Shown here: positions 24,890 through 32,850 of the stretch, in pieces
Layout: every line of letters begins with the position of its first letter
Numbering within the stretch: position 1 is the first letter of the stretch
Assembly: GCA_039586795.1 (NCBI GenBank)
Contig: JBDHJS010000040.1
Span: 1-32,850, forward strand
Length of the DNA stretch: 32,850 nt
Direction: 5' to 3'
From: Gemmatimonadota bacterium
GTDB lineage: Bacteria; Gemmatimonadota; Gemmatimonadetes; Palauibacterales; KS3-K002
Program-made: the position numbers and the translations under genes
Notes under the pieces: model-generated
Seen by the model: the letters and a program-made list of their open reading frames with translations, nothing else
What the model was told of the DNA's origin: nothing
Database searches by the model: none

Positions 24890-26356
24890 TCAGTTTCGCA
24901 GCGGGCGCAGCTGGATCACATCGCCATCGATCTCGACATCGGCGAGCGTCGATCTCAGCGTCAGTCCGGGTGACTCGATCTCGACCTCGGTCGCCCCGCT
25001 GATCATGTCCGTACCGCCCAACGTCACGAGCTGGCCGGCCACAGTGAGCCTCACTTCTCGTGGCGGCCCGATCACCGCCTCGAACGACCCGACGTTGCGG
25101 TCGTGAACGACTGGCGTGTTGAACTCGCCTTGCAGGGCCGAGCCCGCGCAGGGACGGAGCCAACGGGTGTGGAAGAGGACGCCCGCATCCACCTGGAGCA
25201 AGTTCTGCGGGTCGATCCCGCACAAGCCGACTCCGCCGAGTTGATCCGTCAGGATGACGATTCGGACCCCCGGCTGCGACAGGGCGCTGTCGACCCGGGT
25301 GCGGAGCCGGGAGCGTAGCGCGTCCACAAGTGCGCCGGCATCGGCGGCCAGGGTCGCCGCATCGAACTCGAGCTCCGCTTCCCGGCGAAGCGTCGCTTCC
25401 CGTTCCCGGTAGCCGCTGTACTCCGCCACCGCCTCCTGGATTGTGATGTTCTCCTCGACCAGTCGCGTCTTCCAGTCGTCTTCCGCCAGGCGATCGAGCA
25501 ACAGCGCCATCGCCGGCCCGCTATAGTAGAAGCGCAAGCGGAACGAGCGGTCGCCGCTGTCAATGAGTCGGAGCAGATCGCCCATGTCTTCTTCGGCGGC
25601 TTCGACCAGCGGGCCCGGGTCATCCGCATCATCAGCCAACATCAAAAGGGCGCGGATACCCGCGTACTGCGCCAGACCCTCGTTCAACTCGGCCAGCGTC
25701 TCGAACTCGACGAGATCGGCATCCAACCGACGCTGCCGCGCCTCGCGGACGGCGATGAACTCGGTGGCCAACTTCCGTGTATTCGACCCGTTCTCTGACT
25801 GGAGCGCCGCGAGAAGGATCTGCCCCTCGAGAGCGAACGCGGCTTCGTTCTCGATGTCGAAGATCGGGTAACGGGTCACGAGGAACGAGTTCTCACCCTG
25901 ACCGAAGCGCCGCCCTTCCGCGCGCTGGCTGCCCTGGAAGACGTGGAAGGCCTCGTGCACGCTGGTGCTCAGCAGCGACGGCCCATCCAGTTCGCGCACG
26001 ACGACCTGCGCCGTACCTTGCCCTTCCAAGCTAACCCCGGTGCTCGCCGCGCCGCGCTCCGCCTCCGCACGCCAGCCGGCTCCGGACGCATTGCTCAACG
26101 ATGCGAAGCCCTCCGGCAATTGACCGCCCCAACCCAGGAGCAAGGTGCCTTCGCCAGGTAGGACATACAGCACGGGTATGCTGGCCGGCGCGAAACCGGG
26201 CCAGACGGATCCGGGATGGTTCCGGTCCAACGATTCGACCTGCGCGCGCACGCCCATGAGAACCGACAGAGCGTCCTCGGACGGGGCCTGTGCGTAGCTG
26301 AGGGCCGAGCTTTGACAAAGCAACACAGCCAGGGCGGCAAGTGGATGTTTCGGCAT
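24890..26356 (-). CDS. Secreted hypothetical protein with HExxH motif (possible gluzincin-like metallopeptidase)
   Basis: Signal peptide ending SYAQ after a GGAG RBS; VHEAFHVFQ followed downstream by LNEGLAQY. Confidence 0.7.
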   Translation of the reverse strand: MPKHPLAALAVLLCQSSALSYAQAPSEDALSVLMGVRAQVESLDRNHPGSVWPGFAPASIPVLYVLPGEGTLLLGWGGQLPEGFASLSNASGAGWRAEAERGAASTGVSLEGQGTAQVVVRELDGPSLLSTSVHEAFHVFQGSQRAEGRRFGQGENSFLVTRYPIFDIENEAAFALEGQILLAALQSENGSNTRKLATEFIAVREARQRRLDADLVEFETLAELNEGLAQYAGIRALLMLADDADDPGPLVEAAEEDMGDLLRLIDSGDRSFRLRFYYSGPAMALLLDRLAEDDWKTRLVEENITIQEAVAEYSGYREREATLRREAELEFDAATLAADAGALVDALRSRLRTRVDSALSQPGVRIVILTDQLGGVGLCGIDPQNLLQVDAGVLFHTRWLRPCAGSALQGEFNTPVVHDRNVGSFEAVIGPPREVRLTVAGQLVTLGGTDMISGATEVEIESPGLTLRSTLADVEIDGDVIQLRPLRN

Positions 26357-26377
26357 GAGTGTGACTCCAAGAAGTCG

Positions 26378-26404
26378 TTGACGGCGATCCACAAACGCTA
26401 TAAT
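26378..26404 (+). promoter_or_regulatory. Possible sigma70 promoter for the DUF4097-like gene
   Basis: TTGACG-N15-TATAAT, with a perfect -10 but a short spacer. Confidence 0.4.
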
Positions 26405-26491
26405 AGATTGGGTGCCCTCTCGTGCGACACCTCACGGCCGTTCTTTCGTAGTATTACGTGTTAGCCCCACCTCCTAACGGAGAACTACCTT

Positions 26492-27289
26492 ATGAAGATC
26501 TCATCTCTTAAATGGATGCTCCCGGTGGCACCATTGGTCGCACTACTCTTGGCTGTCACCGCCTGCGACGACGATGTCACAGGCGTGAACGACTTCGACG
26601 CGGCGGAACCGTTCTTCGTCATGGTCGATGCGGCAGGTATCGTGACGCTCGAGGTCAACGGCATCAACGGCGGCATCACGATCACCGGCTCGGCGACGGC
26701 CGACTCGGTGACGATAACCGGTGTTAAGGGTGTTAACGCCGACACTCAGGCAGAAGCCGACGCGGCGCTGGACAGCATCGAAGTCCAGATCCAGACCGTG
26801 GGCGACACGATCGTGGTGACCTCGGTGCACCCGTCCAGCGGCGGCGGCATCAACTACACGGTCAATTACGAGATCACCGTGCCCGAGAATATCGACATCG
26901 AGATCGATAACGCTAACGGTGGAGTATTGATAGACAGGATGACGGCCGATCTCGATATCCAAAACTCGAACGGCGGCATCGAGCTGAACAACATCACGGG
27001 GAGCGTCACCGTCGATCTAGGCAACGGAGGCGTCGATGCCGACATCACGCTGCCGACGAACGGTGAAATCGACATCACCGTGAGCAACGGCGGCCTCGTG
27101 CTCGCCATTCCCCAAAGCACATCGGCAGAGTTCGCCGCCGACGTGAGCAACGGTTCGATCAGTATCACCGGACTCACGCTACAAAACCAAACGACAACGT
27201 CCACATCGGTGACGGGGACGCTGGGCGCCGGCGACGGTGAGATCCAGCTGACCGTCAGCAACGGCGTCATAGAGGTGTTCGGCTTCTAG
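26492..27289 (+). CDS. DUF4097 / putative adhesin beta-strand-repeat lipoprotein
   Basis: Lipobox LLLAVTAC; repeated (S/N)NGGI-type beta-helix units; NYEITVP motif; GGAG RBS. Confidence 0.8.
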   Translation: MKISSLKWMLPVAPLVALLLAVTACDDDVTGVNDFDAAEPFFVMVDAAGIVTLEVNGINGGITITGSATADSVTITGVKGVNADTQAEADAALDSIEVQIQTVGDTIVVTSVHPSSGGGINYTVNYEITVPENIDIEIDNANGGVLIDRMTADLDIQNSNGGIELNNITGSVTVDLGNGGVDADITLPTNGEIDITVSNGGLVLAIPQSTSAEFAADVSNGSISITGLTLQNQTTTSTSVTGTLGAGDGEIQLTVSNGVIEVFGF

Positions 27290-27338
27290 TTGCGGAAGAG
27301 CATGATAGCTATTTGATCGTTACCTGATAGTTAACATG

Positions 27339-27371
27339 ACAGGGGTCGCCCGAACCGTGGACGACCCCTGT
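27339..27371. terminator. Hairpin terminator between convergent genes
   Basis: ACAGGGGTCG ... CGACCCCTGT 10-bp stem. Confidence 0.65.
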
Positions 27372-27430
27372 TCGATTGTGGTGGGGGGGAGGCGGCGGAG
27401 GAGCTCGCGAGCTCCTTCGCCTCTGACTGA

Positions 27431-27838
27431 TCACTCTACACGATCCTGCATCCCTACTCGCACGACCAGGTCGTAGAGCGCCGTAGCGGCGACCGGTCGC
27501 GTGAGGAACGGCCGTCCCGCACCCGTGAGAAGCTTCCGCGTTTCCGAGTCACCCAGATCGTTCACGAGAAAGATGATCCGACTTGCCTTCTCGATATCGA
27601 TCGCCACGATGTCGCGGAAGAGCTCGGCCGGAGACATTTGCGGCGGTGGGAGGTGGACGACGATCACGTCGAACTGTTCATCGCGCAACCGCTCGACGGC
27701 GACCCGGGCATCGCGCTCCGACTCGACGGTCATGCCGGTCACGGTTCCGATCTCCTCGAGGGTCGCGCTGGTATGGTTCAGCGATTCAACGACCAGCACC
27801 CGCAGCGGTATGCCGGCCGTCTCGAGCTCGAAGCCCAT
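27431..27838 (-). CDS. Stand-alone atypical receiver (pseudo-REC) domain protein
   Basis: RVLVVES...AVERLRDEQFDVIVVHLPPPQMS...RIIFLVND...PFLTRPV gives a REC-fold pattern with His at the phospho-Asp position. Alternative start is GTG 27865. Confidence 0.75.
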   Translation of the reverse strand: MGFELETAGIPLRVLVVESLNHTSATLEEIGTVTGMTVESERDARVAVERLRDEQFDVIVVHLPPPQMSPAELFRDIVAIDIEKASRIIFLVNDLGDSETRKLLTGAGRPFLTRPVAATALYDLVVRVGMQDRVE

Positions 27839-28179
27839 CCCGGTGGGCAAGCCAGGCTGCATCACCGCGAATCGCTCCCGGATCGAACCGACTCATAGAA
27901 ACGCGAAACCACCGGACCGCTTTTATTTGAGCCGTCGGGTGGCGCGTTTACGTCGAGCCTAAGATGCATTAAACCTCTCCACAAAACATTGTCGCCCGCC
28001 GCCTGCGGCGGCCGGCCATGGAGAGGTCTCTTCAATTATAACAACTCAGCACCCGTCACAACAGGCTTTTGTCTTCGGTATCGTTTCGGGGCCGCTTGCG
28101 CTCCAGCTTACCTTTTACCACTATTTCTGTTCCCCGAATAACATACAGGGCGCCGCATGCCGTCCGGCATGAGTTCCTG

Positions 28180-28193
28180 TGCAAGCGCTTGCA
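28180..28193. promoter_or_regulatory. Perfect 14-bp palindrome resembling a LacI-family operator
   Basis: TGCAAGCGCTTGCA fits TGNAANCGNTTNCA. Confidence 0.45.
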
Positions 28194-28210
28194 TCGATGT
28201 CGGCGACTTC

Positions 28211-28271
28211 ACGATGACAATGTGATGACGCCGCCTTGTTCGATTTGTCATCGTTGATTCGAGCTGTCATT
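28211..28271. promoter_or_regulatory. Repeated GATGAC/GTCAT boxes upstream of the SARP-like regulator, candidate operator
   Basis: ACGATGACAA (28211-28220) and its exact reverse complement TTGTCATCGT (28245-28254). GATGAC is directly repeated at 11-bp spacing, and a further TGTCAT lies at 28265. Confidence 0.5.
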
Positions 28272-28294
28272 CCGCTCGCGAGGGAGAAGTTCCC

Positions 28295-31200
28295 ATGTAT
28301 GACCTCCGTTGCCTGGGCGAGGCCACGCTTCGCGATTCGACCGGAGAACTGGTGCACTTTCGCTCCCGCAAACACCTGGCACTCCTCATCTACATGGCGT
28401 TGAATGCCGATCGAGCTCACCGCCGTGAGCGGCTCGCCTCCATGCTCTGGAGTGACAGCAACGAATCGAAGGCTCGCCATTCCCTGTCACAAGCACTGTA
28501 CGCGGTGCGACGCCTACTTAACGGTGCGGTGCGCATCGAGGGCGACGACCTGGAGCTGGATACCGACGGCCTACGTGTCGACGCCGTCGAGCTCGAGCAC
28601 CTGTTCGGCAACGGCAACGCAAGCGACGCTGCGGACATCTACAAGGGCGATTTCCTGGAGGGCTTTTGGGTACGGAGCGCCCAGGGGTACGAGGAATGGA
28701 TCCTGCACGAGCGGGCCCGGCTCTCCGCCCTCGCCCGCGACGCCCTCCGCAAGGCAATCAAGTCGGCTCGCAATCGTGCCAACTGGTCGGAGGTCAGAAC
28801 GCGAGCCGAACGACTCGTACGACTCGACCCGTTCGACGAGGTGGCGTACGTCGAGCTGATGCGCGCGCTATGGATGCAAGGCGATCGTTCCGCGGCATTA
28901 GAACGTTACGACGATTTGAAGAGCGTGCTGAAAACCGAATTAGACAGCACGCCATCAAAAGACACCCACGCGCTCGTCGAGCGCATTCGCGAACGCCCCG
29001 TGCGCGGCGGCTGGAGCAACGGGCTACTGCTGCGGGAGCCCGAGCCCTCGATCTTCATCGACCCACCCTTCGTAGGCCGGAAGAAGGAGATGACCGAGCT
29101 CTCGAAAGAGTGGGAAATCGTCTCAACCGGCGAGTCACGCACGGTGGCCTTGGTCGGCGATGCCGGGATTGGGAAGACGCGCCTCGCTGGCGAGTTCTTG
29201 AAGACTCTCGAGTTGGAAGACGTGACGATCTTGCGTGGCCGTTGCTACGAGGCGGAACAGTCTCTTCCCTACGGCCCGATCGCCGAGGCGCTAAGGATTG
29301 GCCTGGACGAACTGGAGCTCGACGACGTCGATCCGCTCTGGCTAGCTGAACTCGCGCGGATCGTGCCAGAAGTTCACGAAAGGTACGGTGAGCTGCCCGA
29401 ACCCACGGACCTAGATGCCGAAGGGAGCCGCAGGCGACTCTTCGAAGGCGTGGCACAGGTCTGTCGCGGAGCATGCGAAACTCGTCCGATCATCCTCTTC
29501 GTGGATGACTTTCACTGGGCCGATGAATCCTCGGCAGCACTACTGCACTATATACAGAGGCGCGCGACACATGGTCTGTATCTGCTAGTTGCCTACCGGG
29601 CACAGGAAGCATCGCTTAACGCGGAATCCAGCAGCGACAGTCTACAGCACCTAATGGCGCGAGAGACAAGGTCGATCAACGTGCAATCGCTCGATGAGTC
29701 GGAAGAGATTGACCTCTTCGATAGCCTGATCGATGACCCCGCCAGTCGTGGCGCCAGTGGTAGCCGTGCAATTGAAGCACTGCAAGACATGAGCGGTGGA
29801 AACCCATTCTTCGCCATCGAACTTGCCAGAGCCCTCGCCGAAAGCGAAGCCGAACATCACGCCGTACCGGCTCCCGTACCTAACACGATCCGCTCAGTGC
29901 TCACCACACGGTTTGACAATCTGAGCGTGCGAGCGGCCGCCCTCTCTCACCAGGCGGCGATACTCGGCACGCGCTTCAGCTATGATGCGTTGTGCGCTGC
30001 TGCAGGCATATCGCCGCTCGAGCTCGACAGCCTGTTCCTCGAGCTCAAGAGGGCCGGAATCATGAGCACAGCCGGGGATCAGGTCTGTTTCCGACATGAT
30101 CTCATGCGGAATGTCGCGCATGCTCAAGCGCCACAGGCTATTCACGCTACCCTACACAGGCGCGCCGCCGAGGCACTAATAGAGACGAATGCCGATCCGG
30201 CGGAGATCGCCAGACACTTCTCACAGGCTGGCGATGACGACCAAGCTCACAAGTGGGGAGTACTCGGCGCGGAAAGAGCCGAGGCTGTATTCGCGTTGCG
30301 CTCTGCAGCAGAGCTTCTGGAGCTTGCACTACGACACTCGCGGGACACAACGATTCAACGTGAGCTCACAGAACGAATCAGTAAACTGTATCAGCAGATC
30401 TGGGATTACCAAAAAGCAAAGCACTTTCTTGAGAAGCGGCTGGATTTGGCCCTGCGCACCAGTTCACCAGCGAGCCAGGTATTTGAAGCGCGAGGCAACC
30501 TGCTATTCCTGGACGTCTATTCGGGCAGCATAAGCACAGCCGAGGCCGTCCGCTCTCTTCGCGACTTCTTTCTTGAGCTCAAAAGTTCTGGCATAGACGC
30601 GCTCTTACTCGAGACTGAAGTGTTGTGCTCTCTCTTCTGGGCTGCAGCTCGCTGCTTTGATACGCACTTGGCAGAAGAGACGATCTCCCGTATTCAAGAT
30701 CTGCATCAGCGCAACGCGTCGCCTCTAGTGTCGTACCGAACTGCTCGCAGTCTCGGAATCCACGAATACTACTGCGGCAGACCCGAGACAGCCAAAAGGC
30801 TTCTCATGCAGGCTGTCGATACCGCGAAGCGCCTAGGAGATGAAAAGCTCATCGCGGAAGCGTACCATGGATTCAGTATATTGCTTGCTCGCTTGCCGTC
30901 CCGTGAGCTGGCGGAAGAAGTGCTAGATGTGGCAAGAACAGCCGAGAAGAACGTTGACCCCGGACGGGCAGGTGCTCTTCTGTGCAACTGCGCAGTTTGC
31001 TACAACTATCTCGGTGAGTTTGACAAGGCTGAAAGGCTGCTCAACAAAGCAACGAAGATACTGAACATGGCTGACTATAAATCAGACCTAGCTACATCAA
31101 TCGATTACAACCTCGGCTTCATTGCCGAAGCCCGCGGCAACCTCGACGCTGCAGAAAAGCATTGGCAGGATGCCCTGCGCTTGAGTCGCAAGCACGGCGT

Positions 31201-31600
31201 CCTACCAGTGACAATAGAGTCCCTAGCCGGCCTTGGTCGATTGCACATACGAAAGAGCGACGCACCAAGTGCGCGCATTCTTGCTGCCGAGGCCACCAGG
31301 TTGACACGGAAAGGTCGACACTTCGTGGATGAACGACTCGGGCTCATGCAACTTCTTGCAGAACTACGTTACGCGTCTGGTCGATGTGAAAAAGCTCTGC
31401 GGGAGCTTGCAAAGACGGCACTTGCTTCAGTGGCAAACGATGTGCCGCTACACCTTGCATCTCAATCGAAGCGGGTAGAGATCCTGCTGCGCGAAGGGAG
31501 AAGGAGTGAAGCTGAATCCATCGCTGCCCAGCTCAGAGCGGTCGCCGATCAGTATGGAGCCGCCTGGTGGTATCAGAAATCGACACATCCGGCAGCTTGA
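28295..31600 (+). CDS. SARP/AfsR-like transcriptional regulator: winged HTH + BTAD + STAND (AAA_16) NTPase + TPR
   Basis: LRCLG...LALLIYMAL...RERLASMLW...ARHSLSQALY; YKGDFLEGF...LDPFDE (BTAD); PFVGRKKE, GDAGIGKT, LFVDDFHWAD, SGGNPFF and FRHDLMR; C-terminal TPRs; GAGGGAG RBS. Confidence 0.9.
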   Translation: MYDLRCLGEATLRDSTGELVHFRSRKHLALLIYMALNADRAHRRERLASMLWSDSNESKARHSLSQALYAVRRLLNGAVRIEGDDLELDTDGLRVDAVELEHLFGNGNASDAADIYKGDFLEGFWVRSAQGYEEWILHERARLSALARDALRKAIKSARNRANWSEVRTRAERLVRLDPFDEVAYVELMRALWMQGDRSAALERYDDLKSVLKTELDSTPSKDTHALVERIRERPVRGGWSNGLLLREPEPSIFIDPPFVGRKKEMTELSKEWEIVSTGESRTVALVGDAGIGKTRLAGEFLKTLELEDVTILRGRCYEAEQSLPYGPIAEALRIGLDELELDDVDPLWLAELARIVPEVHERYGELPEPTDLDAEGSRRRLFEGVAQVCRGACETRPIILFVDDFHWADESSAALLHYIQRRATHGLYLLVAYRAQEASLNAESSSDSLQHLMARETRSINVQSLDESEEIDLFDSLIDDPASRGASGSRAIEALQDMSGGNPFFAIELARALAESEAEHHAVPAPVPNTIRSVLTTRFDNLSVRAAALSHQAAILGTRFSYDALCAAAGISPLELDSLFLELKRAGIMSTAGDQVCFRHDLMRNVAHAQAPQAIHATLHRRAAEALIETNADPAEIARHFSQAGDDDQAHKWGVLGAERAEAVFALRSAAELLELALRHSRDTTIQRELTERISKLYQQIWDYQKAKHFLEKRLDLALRTSSPASQVFEARGNLLFLDVYSGSISTAEAVRSLRDFFLELKSSGIDALLLETEVLCSLFWAAARCFDTHLAEETISRIQDLHQRNASPLVSYRTARSLGIHEYYCGRPETAKRLLMQAVDTAKRLGDEKLIAEAYHGFSILLARLPSRELAEEVLDVARTAEKNVDPGRAGALLCNCAVCYNYLGEFDKAERLLNKATKILNMADYKSDLATSIDYNLGFIAEARGNLDAAEKHWQDALRLSRKHGVLPVTIESLAGLGRLHIRKSDAPSARILAAEATRLTRKGRHFVDERLGLMQLLAELRYASGRCEKALRELAKTALASVANDVPLHLASQSKRVEILLREGRRSEAESIAAQLRAVADQYGAAWWYQKSTHPAA

Positions 31601-31624
31601 TTGCAGAACCGGAGGAGGCAAACG

Positions 31625-32850
31625 TTATCGCGCACTCAGGACACTGACGCCTGGGCCTGCATCCGGTTGACGTGTAAGCGGTAGCGGAGTCCTGTCGAGC
31701 TCAGCCCGTCCCGCTGCCTGCTCAACAAGCCCCATTTCGATGAACTTCGCTGCTACCACCGGGTCGAACTGCCTGCCAGAGAAACGTCTGAGCTCTTCCG
31801 TCACCTTTTCGACCGTCAGTGCTGCACGATATGGTCTGTTGGAGAGCATGGCATCTACGGTATCCACAACCATGATGATCCGCGCACCCATAGGAATCTG
31901 ACTCCCTGCAAGACCCTCAGGGTACCCGTTTCCATCGTAGTGCTCGTGGTGATGGCGAACGGCTGCGAGTACACTCTCCCCAAGGCTGGAGATGGATGCG
32001 AGCAGTTTGGCCCCTCGATCCGGATGGGACTGAATTATCTCCCGTTCTGCGGCGCTGAGCTGCGCGGGACTGCTTATGAGCTCAGCGTATGCAAAATCGA
32101 TCTTTCCAATATCATGAAGGAGTGCTGCAATCTCGACTTCATCGACCTGCTTAGGAGCTACGTTGAGCCCAGCGGCCAACTCTTTACACAATGCCGCAAC
32201 TCTGAGGGAATGGCCCGACGTGTAGGGGTCTTTAGCCTCAATAGTCTTGACCAGCAACTCCAGAATTTCCTTGTTCTGCTTCTGGAGCCTAAAGTAGACG
32301 TTGTAGCTGTGCTGTACGAAGAGAAGTGGCATGAGTGCCATCACCAAGCCAATTACATGAAGCTCAGCAAACGCAAACACCACGAAGAGTGAGAACGAAC
32401 TAGACGCAAGATCGTTGGCAAGTGCGACGGGTGCGAGTTCTCTCCATATGTCCCGAAAGCGGCGCCTGGTGTCCAGCGCAATTACAATGCTCACAAGCGC
32501 CGTGTTAGTTAGGAAGTAAGCTCCGATTAGGCCGCCCATAGGCACAACGACACCCACGATGTTTAGTGCACCCTCATCACTGAGGAACGGCCCGTTCATA
32601 GCGTCATACACGACCGAGCCAAGTCCAACTGCAATCACAAACTGGGATACGTTGAATACTGACTTGACTAGCGGCTGCTTGAGAGCTGCTCTGGATAGAA
32701 GCTGAGTCACCAACGTGTAGAGTACAGCGACGGAGGGTCCGAAGAGCGGAACCGTTGCTACAGTCGGTATTAGAGATACAGTGAAAACGGCTCGCCCAGC
32801 AGAATAGCGTACCCCAAAACCCTCGCTCGCCACCGTGAGAATCATGAGCA
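31625..32850 (-). CDS. Membrane-bound HD-GYP phosphodiesterase (multi-TM sensor + HD-GYP); probably 5'-truncated by the window edge
   Basis: IEAKDPYTSGHSLRV, LLHDIGK, HHHEHYDGNGYPEGL, ARII and SNRPYR motifs; 5-6 TM helices N-terminally; frame stays open to the window end. Confidence 0.92.
   Translation of the reverse strand, partial: LMILTVASEGFGVRYSAGRAVFTVSLIPTVATVPLFGPSVAVLYTLVTQLLSRAALKQPLVKSVFNVSQFVIAVGLGSVVYDAMNGPFLSDEGALNIVGVVVPMGGLIGAYFLTNTALVSIVIALDTRRRFRDIWRELAPVALANDLASSSFSLFVVFAFAELHVIGLVMALMPLLFVQHSYNVYFRLQKQNKEILELLVKTIEAKDPYTSGHSLRVAALCKELAAGLNVAPKQVDEVEIAALLHDIGKIDFAYAELISSPAQLSAAEREIIQSHPDRGAKLLASISSLGESVLAAVRHHHEHYDGNGYPEGLAGSQIPMGARIIMVVDTVDAMLSNRPYRAALTVEKVTEELRRFSGRQFDPVVAAKFIEMGLVEQAAGRAELDRTPLPLTRQPDAGPGVSVLSAR

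Noticed and set aside
28295..31600. Avs/NLR-like antiphage STAND protein
   Set aside because: The N-terminus is a wHTH-BTAD transcription module rather than a nuclease, TIR, SIR2 or protease effector, and no defence genes are adjacent.

Overview
GC-rich bacterial DNA whose gene content (tandem six-bladed beta-propeller lipoproteins, membrane-anchored TolB-like/TPR protein, BTAD-STAND regulator) suggests Gemmatimonadota; the taxonomy is inference only. Left half: three paralogous propeller lipoproteins with a DoxX gene, an M16 peptidase pair, an orphan Cys-rich lipoprotein, a prolyl oligopeptidase, MscS, a TPR protein and an OmpA-family protein with Asp/Cys repeats. The most notable element is a tightly coupled five-gene minus-strand operon (22913->15780) that looks like a hybrid synthase-dependent exopolysaccharide system. 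It encodes a KaiC/RAD55-like P-loop + pseudo-receiver + degenerate GGDEF-like (RTGD) protein with BcsE-like architecture, a membrane-anchored TPR/beta-barrel exporter, a PgaC/IcaA-like GT2 synthase, a small BcsF-like membrane protein and a CE4 deacetylase. A sigma70-like promoter and a leader with competing terminator/antiterminator hairpins precede it. Right half: TerB-like, ABM, HAD-IIA, HExxH and DUF4097-like genes, a second His-substituted pseudo-receiver, a palindrome-rich divergent promoter, a compositionally mosaic SARP/BTAD-AAA-TPR regulator and a truncated membrane HD-GYP gene. No rRNA, tRNA, CRISPR array or transposase was recognised. All family assignments come from motif recognition by eye, not from database searches.
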